The notes: generated by a model from the sequence alone, not told the origin. A stretch of DNA of 64,000 nucleotides from an uncultured Verrucomicrobiae bacterium (GCA_963759415.1 CAVWZG010000003.1:799031-863030), one strand, 5' to 3'; numbered from the stretch's first letter, positions 26,994-37,502 are shown. A program made the numbers and translations.

Positions 26994-28961
26994 ATGAGCG
27001 ATCTTGAAGCCATTCAGTCGGTTCTGGTTCGCGCCGCGCGCCGCCGCCGCTGGGAACGGGCCTGGAATGGCTTGTGGCAAGGACTCTTTCTTGGCGCCGC
27101 CGTTTGGCTCGCGGCGCTTATTGCCTACAAACTCACCCCGCTTCCTCCCGTCGTGCCCAATGCCGCCGGCGTCGTGGCCGGCCTCTGCCTCCTCGGCGGA
27201 TTCGCCCGCGGCTGGATGCGCCGGCCCACCCTGCGCCAAACCGCCCGCTGCCTGGATGATCGCCAGCATTTGCAGGAACGCCTCAGCACCGCGCTGGAAC
27301 TGGCCCCAACCGGCCCCGTCGAGGGCTGGCGCGCTTTGCTGGTGTCCGATGCCGCGCGCTTCGCGGCCACGCTAGACCCGCGCAAAATTTTCCCTTATCG
27401 GCTGCCGCGCGCCAGCCGGTGGGCCTTGGCGGCGCTGGCGCTGGGCGCCGGGTTGGGTTTTGTCCCGGAACACCGCAGCAAGGCTTACGTCGAAAAACAA
27501 AAGGACGCCCAAGCCATCAAGGAAGCCGGGAGGCGAATTGTCGAAATCACCCACCAGACTTTGGAACATCGCCCCCCCGCCCTGGAACCGGCCCGCAAAG
27601 CCGTTGAAAACGCCGAGCAGGTGGGCCTGCGCATGGATAAAGCGCTCCTGACCCGCAACGACGCCCTCAAAGACCTTGCCAACGCCGCCGACAAGCTCAA
27701 GCAGCAACTACAGGACTTGGGCCGCAAAAATCCCTCCTTCAAAACGCTGGAACACGCCGCGCGCGGGCCGGAAAACGGCAGCGCCAGCAGCGCCGCCGAG
27801 CAGAAGCAAATGGACGACCTGCAAAAATCCCTCGGCAAGGCCGGCGAAAACCCGGCCGCCTTGGACAAGCTGGCCGAACAAATGCAAAAACTGCAAAAGG
27901 CCGCCGCCGGGCTGCCCAAGGACGATTCCCCCGCCGCCGCCGCCGAGCGCCAAAAAATGGCCCAGAGTTTGTCCGACCTCGCCCAACAGGCGCGCGAACT
28001 GGGCCAGCCGCTGCCCAACCTCGACGACGCCATCGCCGCGCTGCAGAACAGTCAAAACGAAAATTTCCAAAAGGACATGGCCCTTGCGACAACGGACCTC
28101 GAGAAAGCACGGCAAATATCCAAGGAATTGCAAAAAATGCAGCAACAGGCCGGCCGCGACGGCAAAGACCTGCCCGAACAATTGAAGTTCGGCCAGCCCG
28201 AACTGGCGCGGCAAACGCTGGATAACATGGTTGACAAACTTCGATCCGGCCGCCTGTCGCCTGATCAGGCCGCCAAACTGCTGGACGAAGTTTCCCGGTC
28301 CGTCGATCCGGCCTCCCCCTACGGCGACGCTTCTCAATATCTGCGCCAGGCCGCCATGCAATTGCACGATGGCGACAAAGCCGGCGCGGCCCAATCCCTG
28401 GCTTCCGCCGCCAAGGAACTGGAAAAAATCCAGGCGCAAATGGCCGACGCCAAAGCCCTGCAAGGCTCCCTCGATGCTTTGAACAAAGCTGAAATATGCC
28501 TGGCCACGCACACCGCCTGGGGCCAATGCCCGCAGTGCGGCGATGCCAGCGGACGCTGTCTCGCGGCGGGGCGTTGTTTGGGTCTGGGCAAGGGCAAGGG
28601 CGGCCGCGGCGTCGGCACTTGGACTGACGATGATTCCCAATTATATCCCCAGATGAGCGGCCTCTGGGACAACAGCGGCCTGAACCGTCCCGACACCGAT
28701 CCGCGCGGATTGACCGACCGTGGCGATCCGCAGTTGGCGGACAACCTAGCTCCAACCAAGTTGCACGGCCAGATCACGCCCGGTTCGCCGATGCCCAGCA
28801 TCACCTTGAAGGGAGTCAGCATCAAAGGGCAAAGCTCCGTTTCCTACCAGGAAGCCGCCACCGCCGCCCAGAGCGATGCCCGGAGCGCGTTGAACCAGGA
28901 CCAGGTGCCCAGGGCCTATCAGTCCTCCGTGCGGGATTACTTCGACGACCTCAAGAAGTGA
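26994..28961 (+). CDS. Membrane-anchored coiled-coil protein (DUF4175-like), function unknown
   Basis: RRRRW followed by two TM helices. Long K/Q/A/L-rich coiled-coil. Cys cluster CPQCGDASGRC. C-terminal VPRAYQSSVRDYFDDL. Confidence 0.5.
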   Translation: MSDLEAIQSVLVRAARRRRWERAWNGLWQGLFLGAAVWLAALIAYKLTPLPPVVPNAAGVVAGLCLLGGFARGWMRRPTLRQTARCLDDRQHLQERLSTALELAPTGPVEGWRALLVSDAARFAATLDPRKIFPYRLPRASRWALAALALGAGLGFVPEHRSKAYVEKQKDAQAIKEAGRRIVEITHQTLEHRPPALEPARKAVENAEQVGLRMDKALLTRNDALKDLANAADKLKQQLQDLGRKNPSFKTLEHAARGPENGSASSAAEQKQMDDLQKSLGKAGENPAALDKLAEQMQKLQKAAAGLPKDDSPAAAAERQKMAQSLSDLAQQARELGQPLPNLDDAIAALQNSQNENFQKDMALATTDLEKARQISKELQKMQQQAGRDGKDLPEQLKFGQPELARQTLDNMVDKLRSGRLSPDQAAKLLDEVSRSVDPASPYGDASQYLRQAAMQLHDGDKAGAAQSLASAAKELEKIQAQMADAKALQGSLDALNKAEICLATHTAWGQCPQCGDASGRCLAAGRCLGLGKGKGGRGVGTWTDDDSQLYPQMSGLWDNSGLNRPDTDPRGLTDRGDPQLADNLAPTKLHGQITPGSPMPSITLKGVSIKGQSSVSYQEAATAAQSDARSALNQDQVPRAYQSSVRDYFDDLKK

Positions 28962-29249
28962 TCACCGCGGACGCAGCATCGCGAGCACAAAAATAATCGC
29001 GGCCGCTATCGCCACCAGCCACCAAAACCAGTGAATGCCGAAAGGCACGGGCTTCTTTTTGGGTTCCAATTCGCGTTGCGCGAACTCGCTGTAGTCAAAT
29101 GAATCATCCGGCAAATTGAGGCTGCTGGCGTAGGCTTCCTCCGACCAGCCGGTGTGTTCATCCGCGCCGCATTCCGGGCAGGCTTTGGCCCCGGCGGGAA
29201 CGTCGGCGCCGCAATTCGGGCAATTTTCCGGAGCCATCATGGTTTTCAA
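28962..29249 (-). CDS. Zinc-ribbon protein with C-terminal TM anchor
   Basis: CPNCGADVPAGAKACPECG. C-terminal WFWWLVAIAAAIIFVLAML. Confidence 0.65.
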   Translation of the reverse strand: MKTMMAPENCPNCGADVPAGAKACPECGADEHTGWSEEAYASSLNLPDDSFDYSEFAQRELEPKKKPVPFGIHWFWWLVAIAAAIIFVLAMLRPR

Positions 29250-29270
29250 ATTTCGCGCGTCACATTCAGC

Positions 29271-30053
29271 CTATCGCGGCTTGGCGTGCGACAAGGCGCC
29301 GACTATCCCGGGGCCAGGCCACATTTCGGGCGCGATGGCGGCGGGATCGACGCTCCAACGGGCCGCCAGTTGATTGACTTTCTCGGAATTGGCAGCCAGC
29401 GCCTCCCGCAGGCTGAAGGGGTTTTCCTCGGAAACGTACTCCAGGCAAAGCATGTTCAGTTCCTTCTCCGCGGCGGTGACCGGCCCCTGGTTCCAGAGCG
29501 TCTCGCCCGCCCAGGCGTAGGCCCGGAAGATCCGGCCCTTCTCCAACAAGGCCCAGCCATGGTAGTTGACCACGCGGTTGACACTGAAAAATTGCACCTG
29601 CCCCAGCTTCCGGCTCAAGGCCGTCAAAAAATGATAGCACCGGTCCGGGTCTTCCGCCGGTTCCGGCAAGCCCGGGCCGACCACCAACACCCAGCCGGAA
29701 ACCGGCGGGGAAATGAACAGCTTGTCCTCGCGCGCCTCGGCCAGCCCTTGCTCCCACGAACAAGGCGTGGGACCATGCAGATGGAGCGCGTCTTGCACGA
29801 CCGACGGATCGGCAGTCTTGACCGCCAGCCAGCGGCCGGGTTGCTCGAAAGTCGCGGCATGAAACGGCGTCGAAAGACCGGCCTCGGACTTCTCCCCACC
29901 CGCCACGGAAGCGCGCTGCCACGCGCAATAAATGAAAAAAGCCCCGATACCCAACACGACTCCGAAGGGAATCAGCATCAGGAGCCACACAATTTCCCTG
30001 GCTTCGAACTGGCTCATGCCAAGGCAATGTAATCCGGCTTTGAACCTGTTCAA
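29271..30053 (-). CDS. Membrane-anchored hypothetical protein
   Basis: Single N-terminal TM helix (IVWLLMLIPFGVVLGIGAFFIY). No motif I recognise. TTG 30053 or ATG 30017 start. Confidence 0.45.
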   Translation of the reverse strand: MNRFKAGLHCLGMSQFEAREIVWLLMLIPFGVVLGIGAFFIYCAWQRASVAGGEKSEAGLSTPFHAATFEQPGRWLAVKTADPSVVQDALHLHGPTPCSWEQGLAEAREDKLFISPPVSGWVLVVGPGLPEPAEDPDRCYHFLTALSRKLGQVQFFSVNRVVNYHGWALLEKGRIFRAYAWAGETLWNQGPVTAAEKELNMLCLEYVSEENPFSLREALAANSEKVNQLAARWSVDPAAIAPEMWPGPGIVGALSHAKPR

Positions 30054-30079
30054 TGGGGAAAATGGCGGTCACCCAAAAA

Positions 30080-31045
30080 TCAATCCTTGCGGGCGCGCGT
30101 GTCCGGCAGCAGCACCTCGCAGCCTTCGCGGGCGGCCTCCACTATGATTGGGGAATGGCGTTCCAGAGCCATCTCCCGCGCACGGGCCACCATGCGCGAA
30201 ATCTTCTCGTCGCCGTGCTCGGGATCGTGATGAAACAAAAACAGCCGCCGCACGCCCCCTTGCGCGGCGAAGGTCACCGCGTCCTCGAAACAACTGTGCC
30301 CCCAGCCGATGTGCCGCCCATACTCCTCCGCGTCATATTGCGCATCCAGAATGAGCACTTCGGAATCCCGAACGAACTCCAGCGCGCTGCGGTCTTCTTC
30401 CGGCACGGACTGGACTTCCGGGCGCGGCGCCCCATCCGCGCTTTTTTTCCAACGACTGCGAAGCTCTTGGAACAATTCCACGTCCGTCAGGTAGGAAATC
30501 GAGCCGCCCGGGGTCCATAGACGGTAGCCAACGCACAAGCCGGGATGATTCAGGATGTGGGCCTTGACCGCCACCGCGCCGACTCGGAAGCTCATATCCT
30601 TGAGTTCGCGGATGGCGATGGCCCCGGGCATTTGCTGCATGCTGATCGGGAAATACGGACTTTCCATCTGGATGGCGAGCGTGCGTTGCAATCCCTGCGG
30701 CGCTCCAGCAAAACCGAAAAGGGACACTTTGTTGTTCAGGTTGTAGGCGGGCTGGAAAAACGGCAAACCTTGAATGTGGTCCCAGTGTGTGTGCGTCAAC
30801 AGCACGTTTAAATGGATCGGGCGGCCCTTGAATTCCTCCTCCAGCGCCAGGCCAAGTTTGCGAATCCCCGTGCCGGCATCCAGAATGATGATCTCGCCGC
30901 CAACGCGGACCTCCAGGCACGCGGTGTTTCCCCCGTAATGGACCGTCTCCGGTCCGGGAGCGGCTATGGAACCGCGCACGCCCCAAAACTTCAGGCGCGT
31001 CTCGGCGCCGCCGCCGTGGCTGCCGTTGGATTTATCCGTTTTCAT
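30080..31045 (-). CDS. MBL-fold metallo-hydrolase
   Basis: LLTHTHWDHIQGLPFF (HxHxDH). N-terminal LKFWGVRGS ... GGNTACLEV. Confidence 0.85.
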   Translation of the reverse strand: MKTDKSNGSHGGGAETRLKFWGVRGSIAAPGPETVHYGGNTACLEVRVGGEIIILDAGTGIRKLGLALEEEFKGRPIHLNVLLTHTHWDHIQGLPFFQPAYNLNNKVSLFGFAGAPQGLQRTLAIQMESPYFPISMQQMPGAIAIRELKDMSFRVGAVAVKAHILNHPGLCVGYRLWTPGGSISYLTDVELFQELRSRWKKSADGAPRPEVQSVPEEDRSALEFVRDSEVLILDAQYDAEEYGRHIGWGHSCFEDAVTFAAQGGVRRLFLFHHDPEHGDEKISRMVARAREMALERHSPIIVEAAREGCEVLLPDTRARKD

Positions 31046-31182
31046 GGCGGCAAACGCAATGTCTCATGTTCCCAGGGAAAACACAAGCGGCCTTTGACAA
31101 ACCTATTTATTCAGACAAGCGACAAAAGCAAAGGCCGGGCGGCGTGAACCGTCCGGCCTTTGGCGCTGCGAAGTTACGTTTG

Positions 31183-31563
31183 TCAGTTCACCGCAATCCG
31201 GCGCGGTTTGACCCTCTCGGCCTTGGGCAGGGTCAGCGTCAATATGCCCTGCTCAATCCGCGCGTTGATCTTTCCGGTCTCAATGCTCGGGTCCAATTCA
31301 AAAACGCGCCGGTAATCAACCGGATTGGATTCGCGATAAAGCAGGCTGACGGAAGGGTCGGGCTGGCGCCGCCCCGTTATCGTCAACACGTTGTCCTCCA
31401 GGCTGATCTCCAAGCCCTCCTTGGCCACCCCGGGCATTTCGGCTTCCAGCAGATAGCCGTCCTTGGTCTCGACAATGTTGACACTGGGCGAGACAAACGG
31501 ACGCTCCTTATCCACGGATTGCGGGCGAACGGTTCTTTGCTCTTGTTGGGTCACTGCGTTCAT
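31183..31563 (-). CDS. Hsp20/alpha-crystallin small heat-shock protein
   Basis: VNIVETKDGYLLEAEMPGVAKEGLEISLEDNVLTITG ... GILTLTLPKAE. Confidence 0.9.
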   Translation of the reverse strand: MNAVTQQEQRTVRPQSVDKERPFVSPSVNIVETKDGYLLEAEMPGVAKEGLEISLEDNVLTITGRRQPDPSVSLLYRESNPVDYRRVFELDPSIETGKINARIEQGILTLTLPKAERVKPRRIAVN

Positions 31564-31613
31564 AATTCCTTTCCTCACGCGGGCAAGGCTCGCTCGCCCG
31601 GCACGTGTTCTTG

Positions 31614-32102
31614 TTATTTGACCGTTATCGGGATTTGTTTCGGCTTCGCTTCCTCCGCCTTGGGCAGAGTCACCGTCAGCACGCCTTCGTTGTAGGTGGC
31701 TTTGATCTTCTCCGTATCCACGCGGCACGGCAGGGTTATGGTGCGATGAAAGCGCCCCGCCCATCGCTCCGAGCGATACACGTCGCCCTCTTCATACTTT
31801 TGCTCCTGCTTGCGCTCGCCGGAAAGCGTCAGGTAGTTGTCCTGCATCGCGATCTCGATGTCCTCTTTCTTCATGCCAGGCAGTTCCGCCTTGACCAGCA
31901 GGTTGTCCTTGTCCTCAAACACATCGACCGCCGGGAACCAGCCCTCCAGCAATTGCGATCCTCGCCCGTTCTCGTCGTCCGTTTCCGTCAACCGCCCGAA
32001 GGCTAGGTTGAATAGGTTTTCCACCTCGTTGCGCAAGCTCGTCATTCGACGAAGCGGAGAAGAGCTTGCCACTTCAGGTCGCTGCCATCTTGTTAACGTC
32101 AT
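31614..32102 (-). CDS. Hsp20/alpha-crystallin small heat-shock protein
   Basis: PAVDVFEDKDNLLVKAELPGMKKEDIEIAMQDNYLTLSGER ... GVLTVTLPKAEE. Confidence 0.9.
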   Translation of the reverse strand: MTLTRWQRPEVASSSPLRRMTSLRNEVENLFNLAFGRLTETDDENGRGSQLLEGWFPAVDVFEDKDNLLVKAELPGMKKEDIEIAMQDNYLTLSGERKQEQKYEEGDVYRSERWAGRFHRTITLPCRVDTEKIKATYNEGVLTVTLPKAEEAKPKQIPITVK

Positions 32103-32155
32103 AATTCATCCTTTCTTTGTTTCAAAAATCCAACTTCACATCCACTTCAAAACCC

Positions 32156-32168
32156 TTCTAGAATTCTA
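32156..32168. promoter_or_regulatory. Overlapping palindromes TTCTAGAA / TAGAATTCTA upstream of the hsp20 tandem (candidate operator)
   Basis: Perfect dyads read directly from the sequence, about 55-65 nt upstream of the hsp20 ATG (32102, minus strand). Confidence 0.3.
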
Positions 32169-32230
32169 AATAGCCTAATCCATGCCACGAAAGCGGAATA
32201 TACGTAAGCACCTAATCTTCAAATGATTAC

Positions 32231-32272
32231 AAAAAATACAAACGGCTCACAGTGTGCCAATTGTGAGCCGTT
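32231..32272 (-). terminator. Intrinsic terminator downstream of fba
   Basis: 11-bp stem AACGGCTCACA / TGTGAGCCGTT with a 10-nt loop, followed on the minus strand by TGTATTTTTT. Confidence 0.7.
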
Positions 32273-32368
32273 TTGTCTCTTATTTGTACAACAAAACTGC
32301 GCCATTATGTCCCTGCAGTTTTTGAAAGGGGACGCCATACGGCGTCCATGGCGGAACCAGCCGCTCAG

Positions 32369-33334
32369 TTAATCAAATGCGTGGCCGGCGCAGCACAGAA
32401 CGTCGCGCACCTTGTGGCGAACCAGTTCCTTAACACGCGTGCGCGCGGGACCGAGATATTTGCGGGGATCGAATTCTTTGGGACTCTCGACAAAGCACTT
32501 GCGAACCGCCGCCGTGACGGCCAAGCGCAAGTCGGTGTCGATATTCACCTTGGTGCATCCGATGCGCCGGGCGATCTCGATGTCCTCTTCCGGCACGCCG
32601 GCGGCGTCGTCGCCCAGCTTGCCGCCGTACTTGTTGATTTCCTGGACCAGGTCTTTTGGCACACTGGAAGCACCGTGCAGAACCAGGGGATAATCGCCCA
32701 AGCCGGCATCCATCAGCGCCTTCTTGATGGCGCGCAACCGGTCCAGATCCAACCGCTGCGCCCCCTTGAACTTGTAGGCGCCGTGCGAATTGCCGATAGC
32801 CACCGCCAAGGAATCGACTCCGGTCTGGCGGACGAATTGCACCGCTTCCTCGGGATGCGTATAGACCCCGCCCTTGGAATAGCCGCCGCCTTCCTCGCCA
32901 TCGTCGTGTTGAGCGCCGACGAGCATGCCCAACTCCCCCTCCACCACGCAGTTATGTTTGTGGGCGTAATCGACCACCCGTTTGCAAACCTCGGCATTCT
33001 TTTCAAATGGCTCATGGCTGCCGTCGATCATCACACTGGTGAACCCTTCGTCGATGCACTCTTTGCACAGTTCGAAGGAGTCGCCGTGGTCCAAATGGAC
33101 GGCGATGGGGATATTGGAAGTGCTGACGGCAGCTTCGATAAGTTTCTTCAAATAGACCGAGCTGGCGTATTGGCGGGCGCCCTTGGAAATTTGGAGCATC
33201 ACCGGCGCTTTTTCCTCCTCGCAGGCTTCGACGATGGCCTGGAGCAATTCCATGTTATTGACGTTGAAAGCGCCCAAGGCGTACTTGCCTTTGAGGGCTT
33301 TGGCGAACAGGTCTGTTGTATGTGTTAATGGCAT
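32369..33334 (-). CDS. fba: Class II fructose-1,6-bisphosphate aldolase
   Basis: [54 protein letters not shown]. Confidence 0.9.
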   Translation of the reverse strand: MPLTHTTDLFAKALKGKYALGAFNVNNMELLQAIVEACEEEKAPVMLQISKGARQYASSVYLKKLIEAAVSTSNIPIAVHLDHGDSFELCKECIDEGFTSVMIDGSHEPFEKNAEVCKRVVDYAHKHNCVVEGELGMLVGAQHDDGEEGGGYSKGGVYTHPEEAVQFVRQTGVDSLAVAIGNSHGAYKFKGAQRLDLDRLRAIKKALMDAGLGDYPLVLHGASSVPKDLVQEINKYGGKLGDDAAGVPEEDIEIARRIGCTKVNIDTDLRLAVTAAVRKCFVESPKEFDPRKYLGPARTRVKELVRHKVRDVLCCAGHAFD

Positions 33335-33437
33335 ATAATTGGCGGCGATATTAGGAAACCGCCCTGCAAAGGGGAAGCAAATATTTTCGGCCCCTCGGCG
33401 CCGCTGCGCAGTCCCGGTTTGGGCGCGCCGGGCTGTA

Positions 33438-33471
33438 CCAATGAAATGTCCCAGATGGGACATTTCATTGG
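33438..33471. promoter_or_regulatory. Perfect 34-bp palindrome in the fba / rlmI divergent intergenic region
   Basis: CCAATGAAATGTCCCA-GA-TGGGACATTTCATTGG, with 16-nt arms and no mismatch. Confidence 0.5.
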
Positions 33472-33523
33472 CGCTCCTTCTTACAGCCTCGCGTCGGCGT
33501 TAAGGCGCTGGCATACTGCGTCT

Positions 33524-34747
33524 ATGGCAGGCTCACACCACAAACCGGGGACCAAACCCAGCCTCCGCCTCCGCGTCACGGCGGCGGCGGAAACAATCGT
33601 TCGCGGCGGACACCCGTGGGTCTTCGCGCAAAGCGTGCGCGCACAGAATCGCGACGGCGAAACAGGCGAACTGGCGGTCATCTTCGACCGCAAGGATGAG
33701 TTTCTGGCCGTCGGCTTGTTCGATCCCGATTCGCCGATTCGCGCACGCATCCTCCATGCTGGCAAGCCGCGCGTCATCGACACGCGCTTCTGGCACGAGC
33801 GCGTGACGGAAGCCTCGCGGCGGCGAGATGGTTTGTTCGACAGCCAGACCACCGGCTATCGCTGCATCCATGGCGAAAGCGACGGCTGGCCGGGACTGGT
33901 GCTGGACCGTTACGGGGACACCCGTGTTTTGAAGGTATATACGGCAGCCTGGCTGCCGCGGCTGGGAGACCTGGCGCCGCTTCTGGCGGGGGAAAACCGT
34001 CTGGTGCTGCGTCTAAGCCGGAATATTCAAAAAACGGCAGCGGAGCGCTTCGACTTTCATGACGGCCAAACGTTGCGCGGCGAACCACCCGCCGGCCCGG
34101 TGGAGTTTTTGGAAAATGGGTTGCGCTTCGAGGCAGATGTGTTGCGCGGGCAAAAAACTGGCTTCTTTCTCGATCAACGGGAAAACCGCCGCGAAGTCCG
34201 GGCCTTGGCAGCCGGACGCGACGTTTTGAACCTGTTCAGTTTCACCGGCGGCTTCTCGCTCTACGCTGCCGACGGCGGCGCGGCCTCGGTGTGCAGCATG
34301 GACATCAGTGAGCACGCCTTGGCGGGTGCGCGGCGCAATTTCGCGCTCAACGCGGACCGGCCCGCAGTCGCCCGCTGCCGCCATGAAACCATTCAGGCCG
34401 ATGTATTCAACTGGCTCCGGGAAAAGTCCTCGCGCCAGTTTGACCTGATCGTGCTGGACCCGCCTTCGCTTGCGAAAAGGGAATCGGAGCGCGAGGACGC
34501 GATCCATGCCTACGCCCGGCTCATAGCCGAAACCCTGGGGCGGTTGAAGCCCGGCGGCGTCCTGGTGGCGTCGTCGTGTTCGGCCCACGTTTCGGCGGAA
34601 GAATTTTTCGATTTGACTCTGGAGACGGCGCGCAAGAGCGGACAGAGCTTCGCGGAGTTGAAGCGAACCAGGCATCCGGCGGACCATCCGGCCACCTTCG
34701 CCGAGGCGGAATACCTGAAGTGCATCTACTTGCGCTTCCTGACTTGA
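33524..34747 (+). CDS. Class I SAM-dependent rRNA methyltransferase, RlmI-like (PUA + MTase)
   Basis: RGGHPWVF ... [13 protein letters not shown] ... [12 protein letters not shown] ... DLIVLDPPS. Confidence 0.8.
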   Translation: MAGSHHKPGTKPSLRLRVTAAAETIVRGGHPWVFAQSVRAQNRDGETGELAVIFDRKDEFLAVGLFDPDSPIRARILHAGKPRVIDTRFWHERVTEASRRRDGLFDSQTTGYRCIHGESDGWPGLVLDRYGDTRVLKVYTAAWLPRLGDLAPLLAGENRLVLRLSRNIQKTAAERFDFHDGQTLRGEPPAGPVEFLENGLRFEADVLRGQKTGFFLDQRENRREVRALAAGRDVLNLFSFTGGFSLYAADGGAASVCSMDISEHALAGARRNFALNADRPAVARCRHETIQADVFNWLREKSSRQFDLIVLDPPSLAKRESEREDAIHAYARLIAETLGRLKPGGVLVASSCSAHVSAEEFFDLTLETARKSGQSFAELKRTRHPADHPATFAEAEYLKCIYLRFLT

Positions 34748-37492
34748 TTATGGCTGATTAACTTCGGACAGCAGCGCTCCGCAGAGAATCGCTTTGCCGG
34801 TCACAGGGGTCAGTGTCACATCCACGGTTCCAGCGGACTTGAGCGCGACCGAATAGTCGAGCGCGACCATGCGCCCGGTCCCGCCGGCCCGCTGAAAGAC
34901 ATCCACCCGGTCGGCGGGAGCGCCGGCCAACTTCACCTCAAAGACGCGCTGGCCCGGGGCGGTGGAGTCCGGATCGAGCACCAGGAGGCGCAGGCGATAT
35001 TGGCCCGGCAGCAAAGGCACGGTTTTTCTCTGAGCCCGGCTGTCCCGCGCCATGAGAGGCCGCAACGCCAGCGTCAGCGGCTTGTCGATTTCGATGCCGG
35101 CGCGGGCTATTTCGCGCCAGACGGCGGGAGCGGAATTGTCCAGAGCAGGAGTGATGGAGGAGGGGAGGCTGAACACCGATGCGCCGGTTTCCTGGGCGCC
35201 CCAAGTTTCCCAGAGGTCGTGGTTGGAATCGAAATGGAAGGTGTAGATTCCCGGGCTTTGCGCCAGAGGGTCGTGCGATGTGGGGGCAAAGTTGATGCGC
35301 ACCGGCTCCAGACCGAGGGCCTGGCGGCAACAAACAATATGGGTTAACCAGCGGGTATTCATCGTGACCACCAATCCCTGCTCTCCGCGGGTGATGCCGC
35401 CAATGGAACTGAACCGGGCAAATTGCTCGATCACCTTTTCGGGATGACAAGCGGCGATGGCGTTTCGCGCACCGCCTAAATCTCCCTTCTCCAACAAGTC
35501 CTGCGCGTTCTGAAAGTATCCGTGGGCCTGGTAAAAGGCCGCGATGAATTCCTCCAAACCTCGCTGATAGTCCAGGCGCTGGCTCTGTTTCGGCGTCAAC
35601 CCGGAGCGGCTGGCCTGGTCGATCATGGTCAGGCGCTCGCGGCAACCGGCGATGACTTCGGCGATGTTTGTGATCTGGGTGTTAATGAAAAAGTCGCTGG
35701 TTTGGCGGGCGAATTGAGGCGCGCTCGTGATCCATGCGTCCAGATAGCTGCCCATGATTTCGCGGTTTTTCGCGCCGAAGCAACTCGCGGCGAAGTCGCG
35801 GCACGTCTGGCTGAGAGGCTGGTCCTTGGTGCTCTTCCAAACTTGTTTGCCAAGATTCGCGAAATAGAGGTCCAACGGACGCGTGGTCCAATGGATGATG
35901 CCGAAGCCCGCCGCCTTTGCGTCCTGGAGCTTGGAGGCAAACTCCGGCAGGGGCGTGTAGGGCCGGCCGAGGTAGTGTCCGTCGTCGTGCTGCGACCAGA
36001 CAATCGGGATTACCGGCCGATGCGCGCCGACTTCACGCACAAAGGCGCGCCGGGCCTCCGTGCCCAGTTGCGGCTTTTCATTGAGGACTTCGTAATCAAG
36101 CCCGATCAGGGGCACGCCCGGAGGAAAAAAACGGTCGGCGGCCGGGAAGAAGTCAAAGGGGAACATGCCTGCCGCAAGGCTGATTCGATTTGCGCCGCTC
36201 TCCTTGAGGGCGCGGTCAAACGCGCGGACAATTTTGCCGATGGCGAAAAGGCTGGGCGCGCGCCAGAATTGTTCCGCATCCGGCGTGCGCTTCATTTCAG
36301 CCGCGAATTCCTTCTGCCAGGCCGCAGGCAAATCGGCCGCCTGCAAATGCATCAGCGGCGTGGGGTGATCGCGGCGGAACCAGACGACGAGCCGGGTGAT
36401 CTGCGGATAGGCCTTGGCCAATCCTTCCACCTCCGCCCGATAGTACGCATACCCTTCCGGCGTGTCGGGATTCGGGACCCAGATGCGATCAGGCGGCCCG
36501 CCGGGAGTCGCCGAAGTCGCGAGGTTCACCTGGAATCGCGCCGACTCCGGCAGCGTCAAGACGAGTTCCTGCGGATTGGCGCTGGGGGTGTCCACGTCCA
36601 CGGCAAAGTAAACCCCCATCTGGCGCTGCGCCGCGCCGGCAAAGACCTGCCGCATCAACGATTGCGCGGCGCTAACTCGCTGTTCATCCGGCACGAGCGC
36701 GGCCTCGGCGCCGAAAGCCGGCTGGTCGAAAACTTCGCCGCCGAACAGCCGCCGGACATCGTTCACGTGCATGGTGTTCCAGTCGCGGCCTTTGACAGTG
36801 GTGGAAAGATAACCGGCGGGCTTGCGGATTCCATGGAAGGAGAAATTAGCCATCGGATTGTTGCCGTAGGCGTGAACCATGATGGCGTTAAAGCCCATTT
36901 TTTGCGCTTGCGCCGTCCAGCGCTGCCAGTCTGACAGGTTCCACGTTGAACAACCGCTCAGGAAGTTGTGCCAGTCAAACACGAGGCGCTCCCGCGCCAG
37001 CGGCGCGTTTTCCAGCGCCCAATCCCCGAATGAAAACGGCTCCGTCCGCGCCGGCGGCATGACGTCGCCCGAAAGGTAGAACCCGCAGCCAAGCTTCTCC
37101 AGCAACGCGTAGGCGCCATAGGCTGCCCCGCGCGCGTCCGCCCCGGCGATGATGCCGAGTTGCCGTCCCTCCTCGCGCACGGCGCGCACGACATAGCTTT
37201 CCGGCGCCGCCGGGGGCGCCTCTCCGGCTCGCGTCCGCACCTGCTGATCGGCCCATGTTCCCATGAGCACCGCCATGCCGGTCTTCGGCAGCGCATGAGC
37301 GAGGGGAAACGTCTCCCGGGGATAGATCTGGTTCAAACAACGGCTCAAATCCTCCGCAGCCACGGCCACGGCGGGCGGGGCGTCCGGGGAGACGACCACT
37401 GGAACAACGGCAAAAACCGAAGCGGCGGAAAATATACTTGCCACTAGAGGCCATCCAGCCACTCTTGCCAAGGCACAGTAATTGAAGTGCAT
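34748..37492 (-). CDS. Secreted glycoside-hydrolase-like protein (family unresolved) with C-terminal malectin-like carbohydrate-binding domain
   Basis: Signal peptide. GADARGAAYGAYALLEKLGCGFY (GH20b/GH67N-like N-domain). TIM-barrel-like centre. Confidence 0.5.
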   Translation of the reverse strand: MHFNYCALARVAGWPLVASIFSAASVFAVVPVVVSPDAPPAVAVAAEDLSRCLNQIYPRETFPLAHALPKTGMAVLMGTWADQQVRTRAGEAPPAAPESYVVRAVREEGRQLGIIAGADARGAAYGAYALLEKLGCGFYLSGDVMPPARTEPFSFGDWALENAPLARERLVFDWHNFLSGCSTWNLSDWQRWTAQAQKMGFNAIMVHAYGNNPMANFSFHGIRKPAGYLSTTVKGRDWNTMHVNDVRRLFGGEVFDQPAFGAEAALVPDEQRVSAAQSLMRQVFAGAAQRQMGVYFAVDVDTPSANPQELVLTLPESARFQVNLATSATPGGPPDRIWVPNPDTPEGYAYYRAEVEGLAKAYPQITRLVVWFRRDHPTPLMHLQAADLPAAWQKEFAAEMKRTPDAEQFWRAPSLFAIGKIVRAFDRALKESGANRISLAAGMFPFDFFPAADRFFPPGVPLIGLDYEVLNEKPQLGTEARRAFVREVGAHRPVIPIVWSQHDDGHYLGRPYTPLPEFASKLQDAKAAGFGIIHWTTRPLDLYFANLGKQVWKSTKDQPLSQTCRDFAASCFGAKNREIMGSYLDAWITSAPQFARQTSDFFINTQITNIAEVIAGCRERLTMIDQASRSGLTPKQSQRLDYQRGLEEFIAAFYQAHGYFQNAQDLLEKGDLGGARNAIAACHPEKVIEQFARFSSIGGITRGEQGLVVTMNTRWLTHIVCCRQALGLEPVRINFAPTSHDPLAQSPGIYTFHFDSNHDLWETWGAQETGASVFSLPSSITPALDNSAPAVWREIARAGIEIDKPLTLALRPLMARDSRAQRKTVPLLPGQYRLRLLVLDPDSTAPGQRVFEVKLAGAPADRVDVFQRAGGTGRMVALDYSVALKSAGTVDVTLTPVTGKAILCGALLSEVNQP

Positions 37493-37502
37493 TTATCTTC
37501 CA

